This document shows, in pieces, positions 58,871 to 64,000 of a stretch of 64,000 nt of DNA. How positions within the stretch are numbered: position 1 is the stretch's first letter; each line of letters starts with the position of its first letter. The stretch is from contig CAVQHD010000001.1 in assembly GCA_963712275.1 (NCBI GenBank), positions 1,312,001 through 1,376,000 on the forward strand. The letters are read 5' to 3'. The translations under genes were made by a program, and so were the position numbers. Under the pieces are notes generated by a model. That model was given only the letters and a program-made list of their open reading frames with translations, was not told the origin of the DNA and made no database searches. The DNA is from an uncultured Rhabdochlamydiaceae bacterium. Its GTDB lineage: Bacteria; Chlamydiota; Chlamydiia; Chlamydiales; Rhabdochlamydiaceae.

Positions 58871-59705
58871 TTTCAATATAAAGGGTAAGAAAAGGGGCAT
58901 TTTTTTCACACCACTCTTTCAGTTCATGCGAGATTGTTTGAAGCTCTAAAAGAGGGTTAGGAGAAGTTCCTTGAGTAAAATGGCCGGGATCGGTTTGAAT
59001 CGCGGTTTGTCCAACAAAACCAAAATTTGAATAAAAGTGAACGTCATCGTCTTGGAGCTCAAGGGTCATCCGTTTTTTCAGAAGCTGCATCAGCGCTGTC
59101 ACGCCTTGGATAGCTTGGTGGGTTTCTCCAGAGGCGATCCACTGACGCAGTTGCTTATAGACGGGAGTTGCTCGCTTTTGCAAAACAAAAGGCGCGGTGT
59201 TTAAATCGAGCTGATGGGTGATATGGAGTTTGTCGATCAAGGTGATTTGAGGAAAAGAGACTTGTGTGGGATGAAGATGCACAGCAATCAGGCCTGTCTC
59301 GCTTTGAAACCTGTCGTAGGCGAGTTGATATCCTTGAAAATCTCGCTCCTTTTTCCAAACCATTTTTGCATATCGGTGGGGTCGCAGAGGTTTGAAGCGG
59401 TTTAGAAGAGGGATGGTGGTCATGAACCGAGGAACGGTGGGAGAGGCATATTTGAAAAATTTTAAAACATAATTGCCATCCTCTGAAACAAAGACAAAGC
59501 ATTGGTTTCCACAATCGAGATAATGAAAGGGTTGGTGAAGGATTTCCTTCACATTGTCCCCAAGTTGGAGTTTTGTTACTGGCTCACTAGAAAAACGGAT
59601 TCGCTGGAGGGAGAACCCATCTGTTTTTTTGTGGGCAAAATGTTCAAAGAAATTGAACCCTGCAATCAAGAGCAAAAAATAGAGGAAGCGTTTCCACTTA
59701 TTCAT
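58851..59705 (-). CDS. N-anchored kinase-like family protein 3
   Basis: LDCGNQ, VLKFFK, DDD..SNFG, TDPGHF. Confidence 0.7.
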   Translation of the reverse strand: MNKWKRFLYFLLLIAGFNFFEHFAHKKTDGFSLQRIRFSSEPVTKLQLGDNVKEILHQPFHYLDCGNQCFVFVSEDGNYVLKFFKYASPTVPRFMTTIPLLNRFKPLRPHRYAKMVWKKERDFQGYQLAYDRFQSETGLIAVHLHPTQVSFPQITLIDKLHITHQLDLNTAPFVLQKRATPVYKQLRQWIASGETHQAIQGVTALMQLLKKRMTLELQDDDVHFYSNFGFVGQTAIQTDPGHFTQGTSPNPLLELQTISHELKEWCEKNAPFLTLYIENETLAY

Positions 59706-60576
59706 GAAAAATCACTTTTTGCACTTCACTATCAAGATGAGAGACGAGTTCGGGATGGTGAATAGAAAGCCATTTTCTAAAGGGGCGTGTGAGGTGAAGG
59801 AGCTCTGGTTTAAAGAATAAGGGATGTTTCATTCGAGGATCGTGATAAAATCGTCCCACGTCGATTTTGATGGCTCTGCCTTCAAAAATTCCGCAATTGG
59901 TTGCAATATTCGGATCTTTATCCCCGTATCCAAGTTTGCACCGATGGACAATGAGGCTCACAATCGCAGAAATTGTCTCTTTTGCCCCCTGAATATCTTG
60001 CGCCTTCATTTGAGTAGAGATTGTGCTGGGAACGAGCTCAGCCCTTCTTTGGAGAATAAAGTCTGTCGAATCTAGATCGACATGGTGCTCTATTTGGAGT
60101 TTATCGATAAGAGTCACTGTTTTCTTGAAATGGTTTGTTGGGTTGAGATGCAGGTAGACAAGGGCTGTTTCATGGGGAAGCTCTTCAAAGCCGATTTTGT
60201 AACTTCCATATTCTTGGTGGATCCGTTTTTTTCGTTTGGCAAATTTTAAGCGTCGGTATTTTTGGATAAAGGGGATGTAATTGAGGTGGGTAGGCTCACG
60301 AAAATGCCGTTGTTTAAAAAACTTCAGAGCGTAGCGTCCATCTGCACTGAAAAAAACAAATGCTTGCCCACCGCACCCTAAATAGGTGTACGGTTGATTA
60401 AGGGCATGGCTGACTTCATCGGACTCTTCCTGGGAAAGAGCTCTTGTTTCAAAGGCAGGTTCATGCGGTCGATGAGATTGGATTTCAATGACCATAAACC
60501 GGTCATTTTTTTGAAAATAGAAGTACCCAATAGCAATGGCAGCCGTGAAAAATAAGATCAATATTTTATACTTCAT
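59698..60576 (-). CDS. N-anchored kinase-like family protein 2
   Basis: LGCGGQ, ALKFFK, DKDP..TNCG, IDVGRF. Confidence 0.7.
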   Translation of the reverse strand: MKYKILILFFTAAIAIGYFYFQKNDRFMVIEIQSHRPHEPAFETRALSQEESDEVSHALNQPYTYLGCGGQAFVFFSADGRYALKFFKQRHFREPTHLNYIPFIQKYRRLKFAKRKKRIHQEYGSYKIGFEELPHETALVYLHLNPTNHFKKTVTLIDKLQIEHHVDLDSTDFILQRRAELVPSTISTQMKAQDIQGAKETISAIVSLIVHRCKLGYGDKDPNIATNCGIFEGRAIKIDVGRFYHDPRMKHPLFFKPELLHLTRPFRKWLSIHHPELVSHLDSEVQKVIFHE

Positions 60577-61420
60577 TCAAAAGCTCTTCTTTTAAATGGC
60601 GATCTAGCTCGGGCGCCCGGTGCATGAGCCACTGATGAAGGTTGTCTGTAATCCGAATCAGTTCATTTTGATCCACGGCAGGGGGTTTGCGTTTAAAACG
60701 TCCAATATCGATTTGTAGCGACTGTGTTCCAATAAAGCCGAAGTTGGTGTTGAGATCGGGGTCTTTATCAAAAATCCCCTTTTGAGATCGGACGGTCAGA
60801 AGCTTGACAAGAGAGGTTAACGCTTTTTTTGCCTCTTCGAATTCCCCTTTCTGGATCCATGTTTCTAAAGCGGAATAGACAAGGGTAGCCCGCTTTTGAA
60901 CTACAAATTCGTACTGATCTAAAGGAAGGGGGTGGTGGATTCCCAGGTTATCAACGAGATCAAGGGTGAGATTGAGGTGGGATGTTTTATTGAGATGAAG
61001 GTAAAGAAGGCCTGACTCTTCACGGAGCACTTCGTAGGCAAGCTTGTAGCTTGTGAAATCTTTGCTCAGTTTGGAGTTTTTTTTATGGATCGAGTGGCGG
61101 GCCCAAGCAAGTGGGAGAAATCGAACCCAAGAGGGAGCAGAAAGGTGATGGTGTCTGAAAAATTTAATTACAGCGGTTCCATCTTCGGAGGCAAAAACAA
61201 ACGATTGCGCTCCCTTACTAAAGAAGTAGTATGGCTGAGAGAGAGCTTTTTTAATCTCTTGCTCGTCGTTTTCCGAAAGAGCGGGAACCTCCCATTCTGG
61301 GTGGTATTGTAATTGGGATGAGATGCGGGCAATTGTAAAGCTTCCCGTTTGTAATTTGCAAAAACGGGCAGTCCCCCAACAGCATAGAATAAGTACTAAA
61401 ACCTTGAAAAATAGCCGCAT
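60566..61420 (-). CDS. N-anchored kinase-like family protein 1
   Basis: SKGAQ, VIKFFR, DKDP..TNFG, IDIGRF. Confidence 0.7.
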   Translation of the reverse strand: MRLFFKVLVLILCCWGTARFCKLQTGSFTIARISSQLQYHPEWEVPALSENDEQEIKKALSQPYYFFSKGAQSFVFASEDGTAVIKFFRHHHLSAPSWVRFLPLAWARHSIHKKNSKLSKDFTSYKLAYEVLREESGLLYLHLNKTSHLNLTLDLVDNLGIHHPLPLDQYEFVVQKRATLVYSALETWIQKGEFEEAKKALTSLVKLLTVRSQKGIFDKDPDLNTNFGFIGTQSLQIDIGRFKRKPPAVDQNELIRITDNLHQWLMHRAPELDRHLKEELLNEV

Positions 61421-61610
61421 AGGAGAAATGGATCATACTGGAGGGCTTGCTCTTAAGTCAATAAGTTCTATTCATTCCAACAGAGCATAGGATACAGAGC
61501 ATAGGATGTTATAGCAAATAGTTGAAACTTTTGCTCACTCGCGCTTATTTCCATTTCTTCACCACCGAGGCACGGAGAGGGATGAGATTGCACAGAGGAA
61601 AATTCCAGCC

Positions 61611-61960
61611 GTAAACAACTCTCGCCTAAACGCGAAAGCTTTTTGACACCCAACCCCGAAGGGCGGTGATTTATGGTACCCTATAGGTCCACCTTACGGA
61701 CGGTTTACTTCGAGCACTATAGCTCTCACGCCCGTTGCTCAACCGATAGATTGAGCAAGAGTCAGATTTAAGCGTCTGTTTCTTGCGCCAGTCCGAAGAC
61801 TAAATACATAGAGTCGGGAAATTCCCGAGCCAGAGACAACTTAATGCCATTGGACACTCTAAATGCGTGCAACTTTAAAAGAAAAGCAGATTAAAATCAA
61901 GAGGGAGCAGTGCTTCCTCCCAGTCCTAAAGGACTGGGTTTCCGCGCTGTCGTTACCGGA
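61611..61960 (-). ncRNA. ORF-less IS200/IS605-like element with putative structured (omegaRNA-like) RNA
   Basis: Subterminal hairpins resembling IS605 ends, several internal stems, two C(UUCG)G loops and one GUAA loop on the minus strand. Confidence 0.55.
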
Positions 61961-61978
61961 TGAAATGATACGCTTATA

Positions 61979-62090
61979 GATGGAATTGCAAAAGTAACGA
62001 TCAACAAAGTGATTTTGGGGGTTCGTGCAGCAACATACCTTTTTAGGTCCCCAAAATTACTTTGTTGATCGTTACTTTTGCAATTCCATC
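61979..62090. repeat. 112-bp palindrome of a different family
   Basis: 42-bp arms gatggaattgcaaaagtaacgatcaacaaagt.attttgggg with one mismatch. Confidence 0.92.
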
Positions 62091-62214
62091 AGGAATCTTT
62101 CTTTTTTTTCTCTGTGCAATCTCATCCTTCTCCGTGCCTCGGTGGTGAAGAAATGGAAATAAACGCGAGAGGGCAAAAGTTTCAAACATTTGCTATAACA
62201 TCCTATGCTCTGAT

Positions 62215-63018
62215 TCACTTCAGGATAATCGTTCTCTCAAGGTCGTCAAATAGGGGGGAGAGGATTCGATTGTTGGGATCAAGGAGTTCGATTTTAATGG
62301 TATGCGAGCCTGGCTTGAGCCCATAGATGTAGTGGGGGTTCCACTCCGTTAAAATCCGCTTGTCGGAACCATCAAGGGTTAATCGGACTTTATAGCCGTC
62401 TTTGGAAAGCTGGGTATTGGAGACGAAGAAATCGAGAAGGACCGGTTTTTTTGCGTCGAAGGTTCCCTGAGGTTGATTATAAGTTAAAAATGGTTTTGAA
62501 AGATCAATCGTCGGGGAAGACCCTTTTTCTCCGACATAAAAAGAACCCGTCGTGAACACACTGGGACCTTTCAGCATTTCATCGAAAGAGCGAACTGGAA
62601 ACACCCGAAGAATGTGCAACCCCGGAGCAAGCTTATAGGGAATTTTCATTTCAACGGTTTGATCATAGTCAATCTCTTCGGTTTCAGACATTTCGTCGAT
62701 GGCTTCATTGACTGAAAGGTACGGCTTTCCGTCGACAATAATATGCAAAGATTGCCCATCTTTTGAATCTCGAATCTCTTTTGCCCTAGGAAAGTCGCTA
62801 AAGACCCCGAGGGGGTAGAGCTCAAGCCGCAATTGCACTCGAACAGGATTTTCTTTGACGATCTCTCCTTCGCGAGGATAAGCGATTCGTACTTCAACTT
62901 CATTAGGCTCAGGAGTTCGTTCTACAGGGACAACCCGGACCTCTCCAACACGGTCACCTTCGACCATTGCTCCGAATAACGCAGCTGATATTAAAAGAGC
63001 TTGAGTCATGAACAGCAT
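62215..63018 (-). CDS. exported beta-rich hypothetical protein
   Basis: Signal-like N-terminus; two related halves (LAPGLH.LR, LKPGSH.IK). Confidence 0.75.
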   Translation of the reverse strand: MLFMTQALLISAALFGAMVEGDRVGEVRVVPVERTPEPNEVEVRIAYPREGEIVKENPVRVQLRLELYPLGVFSDFPRAKEIRDSKDGQSLHIIVDGKPYLSVNEAIDEMSETEEIDYDQTVEMKIPYKLAPGLHILRVFPVRSFDEMLKGPSVFTTGSFYVGEKGSSPTIDLSKPFLTYNQPQGTFDAKKPVLLDFFVSNTQLSKDGYKVRLTLDGSDKRILTEWNPHYIYGLKPGSHTIKIELLDPNNRILSPLFDDLERTIILK

Positions 63019-63087
63019 AAAGTCTCTCCTTCGTTTCCATTTATCTTATCTTTTATTAAATGTCTATTGCCGGTATCTAAGAAATTA

Positions 63088-64000
63088 ATGGAACTGGTCA
63101 TTCTCATCGTCTTTTTTGGGCTTCTCTTTGATTATACAAATGGATTTCACGACGCCGCCAATGTCGTTGCAACTCCAATTGCAACAAAGGCTTTAAGGCC
63201 CGCAGTTGCTATTTTGATGGCTTCCATTTTCAATTTTCTAGGGGCGACTCAAATCAGCGGGGTGGCTCAAACCGTTGCAACAGGTTTAGTGCACGCGCAT
63301 GAAGCGTCTCAGTTAATGGTTTTAGCAGCGGTTGTCGGAGCCGTTTTATGGAATCTTATCACATGGTATTTTGGGATTCCAAGCAGTTCTTCATACGCAT
63401 TAATTGGAGGGCTCCTTGGATCAGCTCTACTTGCTGGAGGGGTGGAGCAAGTGCTTTGGAAGGGGGTGTTATTTAAAATTTTAATTCCGATGGCGGTCTC
63501 TCCTATCGTGGGGCTTCTCATCGCTTATGGGTTTATGCGCTTTCTACTGAAAATATCAAATAAAAACAGTCGGCTTTATGAGCGTTGCCAGATTGCCTCT
63601 TCTGCGGTGATTGCCCTCTCGCATGGACTCAATGACGCCCAGAAAAGCATGGGAATCATCACGCTGGGGCTTTTTTCGGCGGGGCTTATTCCCACTCCTC
63701 ATATTCCGCTCTGGGTGATTGCCTCTTGCGCTGTTGTCATGGCGCTTGGAACAGCTTCGGGGGGATTTCGAATTATCCGGACCATGGGATTTGAAATCAC
63801 AAGGCTGAAATCAATCGATGGATTTGCTGCAGAGATAAGCTCGTCGTTTGTGATCCTTATCGCCAGCCTTTTCGGGATCCCTTTAAGTTCTACGCATATC
63901 ATTGTAGGAAGCATTACAGGAGTGGGAACAGCCAAAGGGCTTCATCAGGTCCGTTGGTCAACAGCTAAAAAAATGGTCCTTGCTTGGGTTCTAACGCTTC
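63088..64000 (+). CDS. inorganic phosphate transporter, PiT family (3' end outside window; absent from ORF track)
   Basis: ATG 63088; NGFHDAANVVAT and SHGLNDAQKSMG signature motifs; PLSSTH. Confidence 0.92.
   Translation, partial: MELVILIVFFGLLFDYTNGFHDAANVVATPIATKALRPAVAILMASIFNFLGATQISGVAQTVATGLVHAHEASQLMVLAAVVGAVLWNLITWYFGIPSSSSYALIGGLLGSALLAGGVEQVLWKGVLFKILIPMAVSPIVGLLIAYGFMRFLLKISNKNSRLYERCQIASSAVIALSHGLNDAQKSMGIITLGLFSAGLIPTPHIPLWVIASCAVVMALGTASGGFRIIRTMGFEITRLKSIDGFAAEISSSFVILIASLFGIPLSSTHIIVGSITGVGTAKGLHQVRWSTAKKMVLAWVLTL

Larger units (their letters stand above)
61495..62212. repeat. palindromic element (same family as 45963-46156) with ~500 bp inserted in its loop
   Basis: Arms 61495-~61600 and ~62108-62212 are inverted copies. 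Confidence 0.9.

Overview
A 64-kb segment that looks like an environmental Chlamydiota chromosome; the taxonomy is inferred from gene content and order. The backbone is housekeeping genes: gyrB-gyrA-tmk-holB, nadK-xseB-xseA/tpiA-secG-def, an LptD-like gene, a HEAT-repeat gene, maf, a DUF3604-like gene, tdk, tgt-yhhQ, marC, Hsp20 and a PiT transporter. Several accessory blocks interrupt it. The most striking is a ~13.5-kb island (28189-41720) bounded by a 100-bp duplication of a host gene 3' end. It holds two head-to-head NLR-like genes with closely related trypsin-protease + NACHT cores but different sensor arrays: 14 near-identical ankyrin repeats versus ~30 HEAT repeats. One NLR forms an operon with a PARP-like ADP-ribosyltransferase and a ubiquitin-fold protein, and these two share an unnamed Cys-rich C-terminal domain. 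Other highlights: a 559-aa RelA/SpoT-synthetase-domain gene disrupted by two intact IS elements (IS1634 with a 76-bp target duplication, ISAs1 with a 10-bp duplication); an OTU deubiquitinase-like effector; Inc-like and kinase-like paralog families; a palindromic MITE that gave two convergent genes the same C-terminal peptide; and nested palindromes holding an ORF-less IS200/IS605-like element with a putative structured RNA. No tRNA, rRNA or CRISPR array was seen. All calls come from reading motifs by eye; no searches were run.
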